A stretch of DNA of 64,000 bases from an uncultured Chloroflexia bacterium (GTDB taxonomy: Bacteria; Chloroflexota; Limnocylindria; QHBO01). The position numbers were made by a program, and so were the translations under genes. Shown here piece after piece: positions 32,694 through 41,386 of this stretch (the stretch's first letter is position 1; every line of letters starts with the position of its first letter). The notes beneath the pieces were generated by a model, which was not told where the DNA came from, searched no databases, and was given only the letters and a program-made list of their open reading frames with translations. Location of the stretch: assembly GCA_963783725.1 (NCBI GenBank), contig CAWAOJ010000002.1, positions 1,789,279 to 1,853,278 of the forward strand, given 5' to 3'.

Positions 32694-33697
32694 AGTTCGC
32701 CGTTATCATCCCCGCCCGGGACGCGGGCGACCATCTGAGCGAGTGTGTCGCTGCTGTCCGCAGGCAGACCCTCCCGCCAGACGAAGTCTGGATCGTTGTC
32801 GCACCTTCCAGTGACGACACTCAGGCGCTCGCGAGGGGCTTGTCGACCGATGCGAGCGAGCTGCGCGTGTTGGACAATCCGGCGGGCGACAGGGGGTCAG
32901 CGCTAAATATGGGAATCGATCGAACGACGGCAGATGTGATTGCGTTCGTCGATGCTCAGGCCCGGCTCGCGCCCGACTATCTCGCTGCCGCACGGCGCGC
33001 ACTCGAGAGCACCGACGCGGCAGTCGTTGGCGGACCGATCCGGCCTGAGGGCCGTGGCCCCATCGGTCTCGCGCTGGCGCTCGCGCTGATTTCACCTTTC
33101 GGCATTGGGAACTCCCAGTTCCATTTCGAAGGAGACGCGCGTTTCGTTGAATCCGTCTATCTCGGGCTGTACAGGTCGCCTGTCTTCACTACCGTCGGTG
33201 GGTACAACACGGAGCTCCGTCGCACCGAAGATGACGACCTCAACTGGCGTGTGCGCGCTGCGGGAATGGCAATCTGGATGGATCCTGCCATCCGATCCGC
33301 CTACCTCTGCCGCACCGACCTGGCGGCGATCTGGCGACAGTTCTACGGGTACGGCTTCTGGAAAGTCGCGCTCGCCACACTCCGCCCCGCGGCCATTCGG
33401 CTCCGCCACGTGGTCCCGATGGCCTTCGTCATCGGACTCGTCGGGGCGGCAATAGTGTCGTTAGCAGCCTGGTGGCCTGCTCTGCCTGCGCTGTTGCTGC
33501 TGTACTTCCTCGCGGCGGCGGCGTTCGGGATCGTGATCTCGAACGGAAGCAGCTGGTCAAGTCGCGCGTTGTTCCCGCTCGTGACGTTCACGATGCACGT
33601 CGCCTATGGTGTCGGAAGTGCGCTAGGAATCCTCTCGTGGGCGCGCCTGTCGCGCGCGGCTCGCCGAGGGGCCATGTTGAGCATTCACGGCCAGTGA
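32690..33697 (+). CDS. GT2 family glycosyltransferase with C-terminal TM segments
   Basis: GTG start overlapping the previous stop (GTGA). FAVIIPARDAGDHLSECVAAVRRQT...DDT...RGSALNMG motifs, then 3-4 TM helices. Confidence 0.75.
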   Translation: MKFAVIIPARDAGDHLSECVAAVRRQTLPPDEVWIVVAPSSDDTQALARGLSTDASELRVLDNPAGDRGSALNMGIDRTTADVIAFVDAQARLAPDYLAAARRALESTDAAVVGGPIRPEGRGPIGLALALALISPFGIGNSQFHFEGDARFVESVYLGLYRSPVFTTVGGYNTELRRTEDDDLNWRVRAAGMAIWMDPAIRSAYLCRTDLAAIWRQFYGYGFWKVALATLRPAAIRLRHVVPMAFVIGLVGAAIVSLAAWWPALPALLLLYFLAAAAFGIVISNGSSWSSRALFPLVTFTMHVAYGVGSALGILSWARLSRAARRGAMLSIHGQ

Positions 33698-34395
33698 AGA
33701 ACGATCGGGTTCACGACCTCGAGCAGATACGGCAGACGTATGGCCGGTATGCGAGAGAAGGCCGGTCGCGGCTGTGGGACGTGTCGAACCCTGGCTACGC
33801 GCGCATGATGCGTGATCGAGACGCCGCGCTGGTGACGCTGCTAAGAGAGGCCCTCGCGGAGGCGCGGGGCCGCGTTCTGGATCTCGGCTGCGGCGACGGG
33901 CGGCTGGCCGATCTTGCGCGCGCGGCCGGACTGCAAAGTCGCGGCTGGACAGGAGTCGATGTCGATGCCGCGAGTATCGCGACCGCGTCGACAGCGTGGC
34001 CGTGGGCGAGGTTCGTTGAAGCTTCGGCCGATCAGCTGCCCTTCGGGGACGCATCCTTCGATGTGATCGTGGCGACGACGCTGTTCTCGTCGCTGCCGTC
34101 GCGCGCAATGGAGGGAGCAGTGGCCAGCGAGATACGACGCGTGCTCTCGAGGAACGGCACACTGCTCTGGTACGACTTGCGCTATGACAATCCCGGGAAT
34201 GCGGCCGTGCATGGCCTCTCGGTGAGTCGCGTCTCAGAGCTGTTTCCTGGCTGGCTGGTCGATCTCAGGCCGCTCACGCTGCTGCCGCCTCTCTCACGCC
34301 GGCTGGGTCGGGCGACACCGGTCCTGTATCCAGCGCTGCACGCTCTCCGCATCCTGCGCTCACACCTGATCGGGCGTGTTCGTCCCAGCGGTTAG
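33695..34395 (+). CDS. Class I SAM-dependent methyltransferase
   Basis: GTG start overlapping the previous stop (GTGA). VLDLGCGDGRLADLA...FDVIVATTLFSSLP motifs. Confidence 0.7.
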
Positions 34396-34563
34396 GCGCG
34401 GCGTCGATGCGCTTCACCGCGCCCCGGCTCCATTCCCTACCTCGCCGACCAGACCATGTCGGTCGTCGGTCTCGCGTAAGCCTCGGTACCTTGACGATCG
34501 AGACTGGGCGGGCGTCATTAGGCGGGCACTGCAGCTGCGGCCTGACCGCTCGTTGATCCTCAG

Positions 34564-36084
34564 TCATCGGTCCGCGCTTGGTGCTGCCAAGACCGCGCAG
34601 GTCTGCGAGTAGAACGGACAGCGCAGCACAAACGCGTACCCATCGCGCACCAGCTGATCTACCGGCCGCGCAGCTTCTTCTTGCTCGCGGACCATCACGC
34701 CATCCCGGTGCGCGTAATACAGCACAGCCGGCGACCAGTCTCGACCGAAGATCGCAACCCGTTGATCTGCGGGAACAAGATCTCTAACGAATCGCGCCAC
34801 GGGCAGCACTTGCATCGGATCAGGCGCATTGGGCGCATACGCGCGGCCCCAGTAGTCGATTGTGGCCAGCAGCGAAAACGCCCACACAAGTCCTAGGGTG
34901 GCTGCGACGGCGCGGCCGATCACTCGATGTCGAACCCGCCACAAGAAATCGAAGCCGAGGCCAATGAGAATGGCGACTAACGGAGCCACCGCGATCAGAG
35001 CGTATTCGTGGATGGTGAGGTAATCGGCGAGCCCCAGCCAGAACACGATGAGTGACGCGCAAAGGATGGCAACCAGTGTCCTAAGCCGTGCCGCGACCGA
35101 CGCAAAAAGCGCGACGAAAATCCATACTTCAAGCCCGCCTCCCGCTAGATACAGGTGGATGCGCCGAAGCGTTTCACCGAGTGCGTGTGGGTCAGGTGTG
35201 GCGGAGAGCACCCCGAACTGCTTCGCCAGCGCTGAACTCGTAAGGAAGGCGGTGGCTGGAGTAGCCGCCTTGAGCGCATCGGCGTACCGAATCCACGCCG
35301 CACCTGCGACCAACGCAAGGGAGGCTGCGCCAAACGACACCAAGCTCTTTGCGTCGAGCCGTGGAAACGGGAAGATCAAGGGGATCATGAGGTACAGGGC
35401 GCCCGTCGTTGGCTTGCTCATCATTGCCAGTACACCCAGGAACACGCACCCGATCAACCACGGCCAGCCCGAGCCTTGTCGCCAACGGATGCCGAACACG
35501 CAGTATCCAAGTGCGGCGGCGGTCGGCAGAAACTCGATCACCGCGGCTCTGCCCCACAAGAGTGAGAACGGAGAGAAGAGAAAAGCACCAGTCGCAGCCA
35601 GAGCGGCCACTTCGGACGTCCTGAGATGCCTCATCAAGACGAAGATGCCGATCCCTGTCGCGAGGAACATGGCCAGCCCCGTCAGGCGAAGGGCGGGATC
35701 AGGAGGGAGGCCGAGGGCTATGAGTATGGTGGCGACGGCTTGAAACGCTGGGAATTCGTGAGGAACGACAGATAACCCACCAAACACCGGAACCACTGGG
35801 TGGAGAAGGTCAATACCATCTCGGAGGAAGAGAACCGTGGTGAAAGCGGTCTGCGTTTGGCGGAACGGGTGAATCTCGACCAGCGGCTGAAATACCGTAG
35901 GGATCCGAATAAGCAGGGCGCTCCAGAACAAGCCTACGAGAGCGAGGTTTCGGGCGCGCGTGGAGGCGACCGGGGGTGCGTCGGTACATCGGTGACCGAG
36001 AGAGAGGACCGTTCGGAACCGAGGAACGAAGACGCGGACCACGGGTGAATTATCCGCGCTAGTCTTCCGCGGATGGATCGCCAC
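34564..36084 (-). CDS. Polytopic membrane glycosyltransferase (PMT_2/ArnT-like), uncharacterised
   Basis: 506 aa with about 10-12 TM helices and large hydrophobic loops. No soluble enzymatic domain. Divergent from the SpdS-like membrane gene. Confidence 0.55.
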   Translation of the reverse strand: MAIHPRKTSADNSPVVRVFVPRFRTVLSLGHRCTDAPPVASTRARNLALVGLFWSALLIRIPTVFQPLVEIHPFRQTQTAFTTVLFLRDGIDLLHPVVPVFGGLSVVPHEFPAFQAVATILIALGLPPDPALRLTGLAMFLATGIGIFVLMRHLRTSEVAALAATGAFLFSPFSLLWGRAAVIEFLPTAAALGYCVFGIRWRQGSGWPWLIGCVFLGVLAMMSKPTTGALYLMIPLIFPFPRLDAKSLVSFGAASLALVAGAAWIRYADALKAATPATAFLTSSALAKQFGVLSATPDPHALGETLRRIHLYLAGGGLEVWIFVALFASVAARLRTLVAILCASLIVFWLGLADYLTIHEYALIAVAPLVAILIGLGFDFLWRVRHRVIGRAVAATLGLVWAFSLLATIDYWGRAYAPNAPDPMQVLPVARFVRDLVPADQRVAIFGRDWSPAVLYYAHRDGVMVREQEEAARPVDQLVRDGYAFVLRCPFYSQTCAVLAAPSADR

Positions 36085-36101
36085 TACGCAGATGTCTCAG
36101 C

Positions 36102-38363
36102 GTGCTGCCCCGAACGAGACTAGTCGTCGCGATCTTCATCCTCTCCGGGGCCGCAGGCCTCATCTACGAGGTGGTGTGGGCACGGCAGCTCGTCTTGGTA
36201 TTCGGAAATACGACACAGGCTGTTTCCGCGATCCTTACTGGATTTTTCGGTGGCATGGCGGTCGGAAGCTTCCTAGGCGGGCGACTGGCGGATCGGGTGC
36301 GGTCTCCATTGTTGGCGTACGCGGTCTTGGAGGGATCAATCGCGATCGTCGTGCTGCTCACGCCGGCGTTGTTCATCGGCCTCGACGCCGTCTATCGCAG
36401 CTTCTACCAAGGAGCAGAGCTGGATGCGACATTGCTCGGCGTCCTGAAGCTGCTGCTATCCGTGATAGCACTCGCACCGGCGACCGTCCTCATGGGAGCA
36501 ACCCTCCCTGCCCTAACTCGCTATCTCAGCACTACTCACGTGGAAACGGGCCATCAGTTCGGCCGGTTGTACGCCGCAAATACGATCGGCGGGATCTTGG
36601 GCAGCGCTCTGAGCGGATACGTTCTGATCGAGCTGTTGGGACTTTCGGTCACCCTGGTACTCGGCGCCTGTCTTTCCGGTAGCGCCGCGCTCGCCGCTCT
36701 CCTGCTCAGGCGCCAGGTGTTGCCGCGCCGCCTTCACGCCGTTGTGCCGCTAACCGCTCCGAGCGCACAGACCGCCCCGCGCACGCTTGTGTTGCTCACC
36801 GCATTCATTTCGGGGTGCACGTCGCTCGGGTACCAAGTGCTGTGGACGCGCCTGCTGTCATCCGGTACGGACAACTCCACCTACGTCTTCACGACGATCC
36901 TCGTGCTGTTCCTTACCGGCATAGCGGTGGGAGCGAGGTTGCATGGTATGGGCCTCGGACGCCATCTAGACCGCTTGGACCTGCTTGGCGGCAGTCAGGT
37001 GCTCGTTGCCTTCCTGTCCATTGCGGGCGCGTGGATCATCGGGAGCCTCGGCTTTGGGGGCGCCCGGTTGATCGTTGTGCTGGTTGCCACCATCGTCATG
37101 GGATTCGCCCTACCAGTCGCTGCTGGACTGGTGAGTCGCGACGACCGGCGTATCGGAAGCGACGCTGGACTACTGCTCGCGGTCAACATGATTGGCGTGA
37201 TTGTCGGGACATCGCTGGTTCCGTTCGTCTTGATACCCCTTGTTGGCACGATGCACGGCGTGCTCCTTCTTGGGGCTGTGAATGCATTGTTCGGCGCGTT
37301 GCTTCTTGCCTCACTCCGCCCGCGCACCGTCCGGCGGTTCGCTATGGGTGCTGCCTCCGGCCTGGTCCTCGTGGCCGTCATCGGCCCATTCGTGGTGCCA
37401 CAGATGATTCGCTATCCCCATGCCGTGGAGGTAGCCAAGGCGGGGGAACTCTTCGACGCCGCGGAAGACGAGATCGCGGCCGTTGAGGCGGGAAGCATCG
37501 ATGGTAAGCAGCGACTGTGGGTCGCCGGCGTTTCGATGACGCAGCTCACCGTCGACGCAAAGCTGATGGCGCTCCTGCCGTTGATGACGCGGCCGTCCGC
37601 CGAGAGGATGCTGATCGTCGCCTTCGGCATGGGAAGCTCGTTCCGGAGTGCCTTGCGGGCAGGGCTGCGGACCGATGCCGTGGAGCTGGTGCCCTCCGTA
37701 CCAAGAATGTTCCATTACTACTACTCGGATGCCAGCGAAGTCCTGTCGGATCCTCGCGGGCGCCTGATCATTGCCGACGGCCGAAACTACGTCGAACTGG
37801 CCGACGAGCGCTACGACATCGTGGTTGTGGACCCACCACCGCCAGTTCGCAGTTCCGGCACGGGTGTGCTCTATTCACGTCAGTTCTACCAGGCGGCTGC
37901 CTCACGACTCAACGATGGGGGGGTGATGATGGAGTGGATGCCCTACGGACAGAAGCTCGATGAGTTCCGCGCCCAGGTGCACACGTTTCTCAGCGTCTTC
38001 CCGCACAGCATGTATGTCCTCTCGCCGGTTGACCTCGGGGTGTTCATGCTTGGCTCACGACAGCCGTTTGGGCTGAAATCGGACGCCGTTGCGTCGGTCC
38101 TCAACCGTGCGGGGGTCATGGCCGACATCGCTTCCTCGCCGGATGCTCCTGGTTCATCGGTCACCTTCTGGCAACGCACGTTGCCGCAGTTGGTCTTGAT
38201 GACGGACCGCGTGGCACACGAGTTTGCGGATGAAGCCCCGGTCATCACCGATGACCGGCCGTTCACGGAATACTTCCTGCTCAGGGACATGTTTGGCTCA
38301 CCGTCGCCGGAGTTGACCCGTGAAACGGTGGTCAAAGCTGTCAATGCGATGCCGGATCGCTAG
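36102..38363 (+). CDS. Membrane-anchored spermidine-synthase-like protein (about 420-aa multi-TM N-terminal domain fused to a C-terminal aminopropyltransferase/SAM-MTase-like domain)
   Basis: Intact 753 aa. N-terminal internally repeated TM bundle. C-terminal domain with spermidine-synthase fold motifs (LIVAFGMGSSF...IADGRNYV...DIVVVDPPPP...GGVMMEWMP). Confidence 0.75.
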   Translation: MLPRTRLVVAIFILSGAAGLIYEVVWARQLVLVFGNTTQAVSAILTGFFGGMAVGSFLGGRLADRVRSPLLAYAVLEGSIAIVVLLTPALFIGLDAVYRSFYQGAELDATLLGVLKLLLSVIALAPATVLMGATLPALTRYLSTTHVETGHQFGRLYAANTIGGILGSALSGYVLIELLGLSVTLVLGACLSGSAALAALLLRRQVLPRRLHAVVPLTAPSAQTAPRTLVLLTAFISGCTSLGYQVLWTRLLSSGTDNSTYVFTTILVLFLTGIAVGARLHGMGLGRHLDRLDLLGGSQVLVAFLSIAGAWIIGSLGFGGARLIVVLVATIVMGFALPVAAGLVSRDDRRIGSDAGLLLAVNMIGVIVGTSLVPFVLIPLVGTMHGVLLLGAVNALFGALLLASLRPRTVRRFAMGAASGLVLVAVIGPFVVPQMIRYPHAVEVAKAGELFDAAEDEIAAVEAGSIDGKQRLWVAGVSMTQLTVDAKLMALLPLMTRPSAERMLIVAFGMGSSFRSALRAGLRTDAVELVPSVPRMFHYYYSDASEVLSDPRGRLIIADGRNYVELADERYDIVVVDPPPPVRSSGTGVLYSRQFYQAAASRLNDGGVMMEWMPYGQKLDEFRAQVHTFLSVFPHSMYVLSPVDLGVFMLGSRQPFGLKSDAVASVLNRAGVMADIASSPDAPGSSVTFWQRTLPQLVLMTDRVAHEFADEAPVITDDRPFTEYFLLRDMFGSPSPELTRETVVKAVNAMPDR

Positions 38364-39272
38364 GTGTCACAGAACTACGACGAATCAGTCCCGACCGAGG
38401 CAATGGTGCGCAGCGACTTCGGTCCGGGATTCGTCCTCCTTATCCCGAAGGCAATCGCCGCGGCGTTCATCGTCACCTTCTTTCTCCTGTACTTTCTCAC
38501 TGGCCAACCGTTCTCAAATCCGTACCCCGGAGGCGACTTCCTCGCCTACTGGCACGCAGCCGAACGCCTGCGTGATGGAGTGGCGCTCTATCCCCCTGGC
38601 ACGGATGCCGGGCTGGGTTTCGTGTATCGCTATTCCCCCTGGTTCGCTTATGTGTTCGTCCCTCTCACGACGCTCCCCTTGAGTACGGTGCTGCTCCTGT
38701 GGCAGCTGGCCATGCTCGGTGCCGGATTCGCCCTGCTGCGTCCCCTGATGCAACCGCTCTCGCTTGCCAGCGTATTGCTGATCCTGCTATGCGCCCCGCT
38801 GCTGATCGATCTCGCCTGGGTGGGAAACGTCGAACCGCTGATGATTCTCCTGATCGCCTCACTCCTGCGACGCCCGGTTGCCGGCCCCGTCGCCGTGGCG
38901 CTTGCCGCGTCACTCAAGATCACCCCGATTGTATTCGTCGCGTACTACATCGCTCGCAGGGAGTGGATCCCGGCAGTCATGGCCATCGCGCTCGCCGTGG
39001 GACTGTGGCTTCCTGCCATCGCGCTCGGGCTCGCCGACTACCCGACGACTCCCCTTCCAACGATCGCGATCTGGGGCGTGAACCCGGAGCTAGGCGCTCT
39101 CGTCGCCGTTGTGACGGTCCTCACAACGACCTGGTTGGCGCTCATTCGGTCACGCTGGACCCTCGTGCTGGCCACCACGGCAAGCATGGCCACAAGCCCG
39201 GTCCTATTCATCACCAGCCTGCCCCGGGTGCTCATCGCCGTTTGGACTGACCCCCGCAGCGACTCGGAATGA
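38364..39272 (+). CDS. DUF2029/GT87-like polytopic glycosyltransferase (subfamily B)
   Basis: Motifs FVYRYSPWFAYVFVPLT, GNVEPLMILL and LAASLKITPIVFVAYYIARREW are shared with 40520, 42864 and 50142. Begins 1 nt after the SpdS-like stop. Confidence 0.65.
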   Translation: MSQNYDESVPTEAMVRSDFGPGFVLLIPKAIAAAFIVTFFLLYFLTGQPFSNPYPGGDFLAYWHAAERLRDGVALYPPGTDAGLGFVYRYSPWFAYVFVPLTTLPLSTVLLLWQLAMLGAGFALLRPLMQPLSLASVLLILLCAPLLIDLAWVGNVEPLMILLIASLLRRPVAGPVAVALAASLKITPIVFVAYYIARREWIPAVMAIALAVGLWLPAIALGLADYPTTPLPTIAIWGVNPELGALVAVVTVLTTTWLALIRSRWTLVLATTASMATSPVLFITSLPRVLIAVWTDPRSDSE

Positions 39273-40462
39273 GCGATCGTCGGGGCGCGCTGCTCGCCGG
39301 CCTCTACGCGTTCGTCGTCTTCTGGCTTACGGCCGCTCATCAGCTCGTCTTTCGCTGGGACTTCTACTTCCTGGCCGATGCCTTTCTTCATGGTCGCACC
39401 TGGGTCGAGTACCCGTTGCCCGGTGCCATCGACACGGTGACGCTCAATGGGCACGTCTATGTCCCGTTTGCACCGTTACCCGCCGTGTTCTTAATGCCGC
39501 TCGTCGCCGTGTTCGGCGTCCTGGCGCTCCTGCCGTGGGAGCCGACCATCAACGCGGCGCTCGCAGCCACCTGCGTCGGGCTGGCCTGGTCGCTCATCGG
39601 TCGCATTGCCGGTGGCAGCATGCGGACCCAGATCTGGCTGACGGCCTTCTTCGCGTTCAGCACCGCCCTGTGGTCGATTACCGTTCGCGGCGGCGTGTGG
39701 CATACGGGGCAGCTGATCGCCACCATGGTGACGCTCATCGGCCTGCTCGAGGCCACTGGCGCACGACGGCCCTGGGTGCTCGGCATGGTCGCCGGCGCCG
39801 GCTTCCTCGCCCGAGCGCCCCTGCTCTTTGCCGTGCCGTTCTACGCGTGGATCGCCGCTGGTGGTGGCCACGCCGACCTGCGGCCGCTTGCTGCGCCTGG
39901 GGCTCTTCGTCGCTCGACGGTCGTCGTGGGGGTCGCCGTTGTGGCGGTTGGTCTGGCCGCCGTGTACAACGCCGTGCGGTTCGGGTCGCCGCTCGAGTCG
40001 GGATATGCGCTCGCCAACCTGCCGCCGCAGTTGGCCGGGACGCGTGATCAGGGGCTCTTCTCGCTGGCCTACCTTCCGCGCAACCTGAATCTTCTGCTGT
40101 GGCACCCGCCGACGGCAGGCCCGCCGCCGCTCTTTCTGCTGCCGGATGGCTACGGACTGTCCATCTTCATCACCAGTCCGGCCATCGTCATGGTCGGCTG
40201 GGCCGATTACGGGCGCCGATTCGTCCTTGCCTGCGCCCTGACTGCGATGGTGGTATTGGTGCCCAGCCTGCTCTACTACGGTGGGGGCTGGCAGCAGGTC
40301 GGCTTTCGCTACTTCTTGGACTCGATGCCGTTCGTCCTCGTCGTCATGGCCGCCGGCTGGAAGCGCGAGGCCGCAACGGCCTGGAAGGCACTTATCGCGT
40401 TCGGCATCGTCGCCGGAATATGGGGCGTGATCTTCACCTACCTAAGCATTCTCCAGAGGTGA
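39269..40462 (+). CDS. Polytopic membrane protein, putative glycosyltransferase (PMT_2/ArnT-like)
   Basis: 397 aa and about 10 TM helices. Starts in an ATGA overlap with the preceding GT87 gene. No soluble domain. Confidence 0.5.
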   Translation: MSDRRGALLAGLYAFVVFWLTAAHQLVFRWDFYFLADAFLHGRTWVEYPLPGAIDTVTLNGHVYVPFAPLPAVFLMPLVAVFGVLALLPWEPTINAALAATCVGLAWSLIGRIAGGSMRTQIWLTAFFAFSTALWSITVRGGVWHTGQLIATMVTLIGLLEATGARRPWVLGMVAGAGFLARAPLLFAVPFYAWIAAGGGHADLRPLAAPGALRRSTVVVGVAVVAVGLAAVYNAVRFGSPLESGYALANLPPQLAGTRDQGLFSLAYLPRNLNLLLWHPPTAGPPPLFLLPDGYGLSIFITSPAIVMVGWADYGRRFVLACALTAMVVLVPSLLYYGGGWQQVGFRYFLDSMPFVLVVMAAGWKREAATAWKALIAFGIVAGIWGVIFTYLSILQR

Positions 40463-40519
40463 TACCGGCGTTCGACGATGCTGACGCGAGGCGGCTGTTA
40501 CCGGGTCTGATGCACAGGC

Positions 40520-41386
40520 CTAGCGTTTTGGCCCTTGTGACAGTTGGGACGTGGGCGGGTTTCGCGTTCCGACGAGGAGCCATGAAGGAAAGTAAGGGAC
40601 CCAGCGTGGGAGTGCGAAGAGCACCGCAATCGCGGCCGCGGTCCACGCCTCGGGCCGCCTGCGGAGCCACCACGTGGCGCCCAGCGCTGCGATCACAACA
40701 AGCCACGACCATGGGGTCGGAATGGGTGCGTCCACCAGCGAGCCGGCGTCGAAGGGGTAGTTGCGCAGATCGAACAGGAGGACCGGTGCGACGAGCGCGG
40801 CCGTCAGCATCAGCGTCCCCGCGACCCGCCACCACTGGCGGCGCACGACGTAAACCCAGACGTACAGCACGGGAACGGCCTTCAGCGAGGCCGCCGCCGC
40901 GATCCACAGCGGACCACTGCGCCGATCGACGCCCCGGACCAGTGCCGCAAGCATGAGCGGTTGGACGTTGCCGCTCGACGCGGTCCGGATCAGCACGGCA
41001 CCCAGCAGCACGCCGAGGAGGGTCCCGGCCAGGCTGCGAGTGCGGAGCGCCGGCCAGACGCAGGCGATGGCGGCCAGGACGAGTACCGCGCCCCAGCCGA
41101 AGCGCACGACATCGTGCGGTAGGAACGTCAGCGGGATCCACAACGCGGCGAACCAGGGGCTGTATCGGTAGATGTCCGGGTCTTCCAGGTTCGGGAGCGG
41201 CGGGTAGAGCGGCCCGCCCTCGCGCAGTCGCAGCGCGGCATTCCAGTAGGCGTCCGAGTCCTTCAGCCACCAGTTGGTGCCCGGTCCCGTCAGCGCGGCC
41301 AGTGCAAACCCCACGACCAGGCCGATGGCGATCGCTTGCGCGAAGCGGATCGCGAGCCGCCTCACGTTCATCAGGCGCGTACCCAC
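40520..41386 (-). CDS. DUF2029/GT87-like polytopic glycosyltransferase (subfamily B)
   Basis: DIYRYSPWFAALWIPLTFLP, GNVQPLMLAALV, LKAVPVLYVWVYVVRRQWWR. Confidence 0.65.
   Translation of the reverse strand: MGTRLMNVRRLAIRFAQAIAIGLVVGFALAALTGPGTNWWLKDSDAYWNAALRLREGGPLYPPLPNLEDPDIYRYSPWFAALWIPLTFLPHDVVRFGWGAVLVLAAIACVWPALRTRSLAGTLLGVLLGAVLIRTASSGNVQPLMLAALVRGVDRRSGPLWIAAAASLKAVPVLYVWVYVVRRQWWRVAGTLMLTAALVAPVLLFDLRNYPFDAGSLVDAPIPTPWSWLVVIAALGATWWLRRRPEAWTAAAIAVLFALPRWVPYFPSWLLVGTRNPPTSQLSQGPKR

Noticed and set aside
38541-38556. TGGCAC hexamers as candidate sigma-54 -24 elements (38541 and 37243 on plus, 1779 on minus).
   Set aside because: None is followed at the correct spacing by a TTGC -12 element, and all lie inside coding regions.
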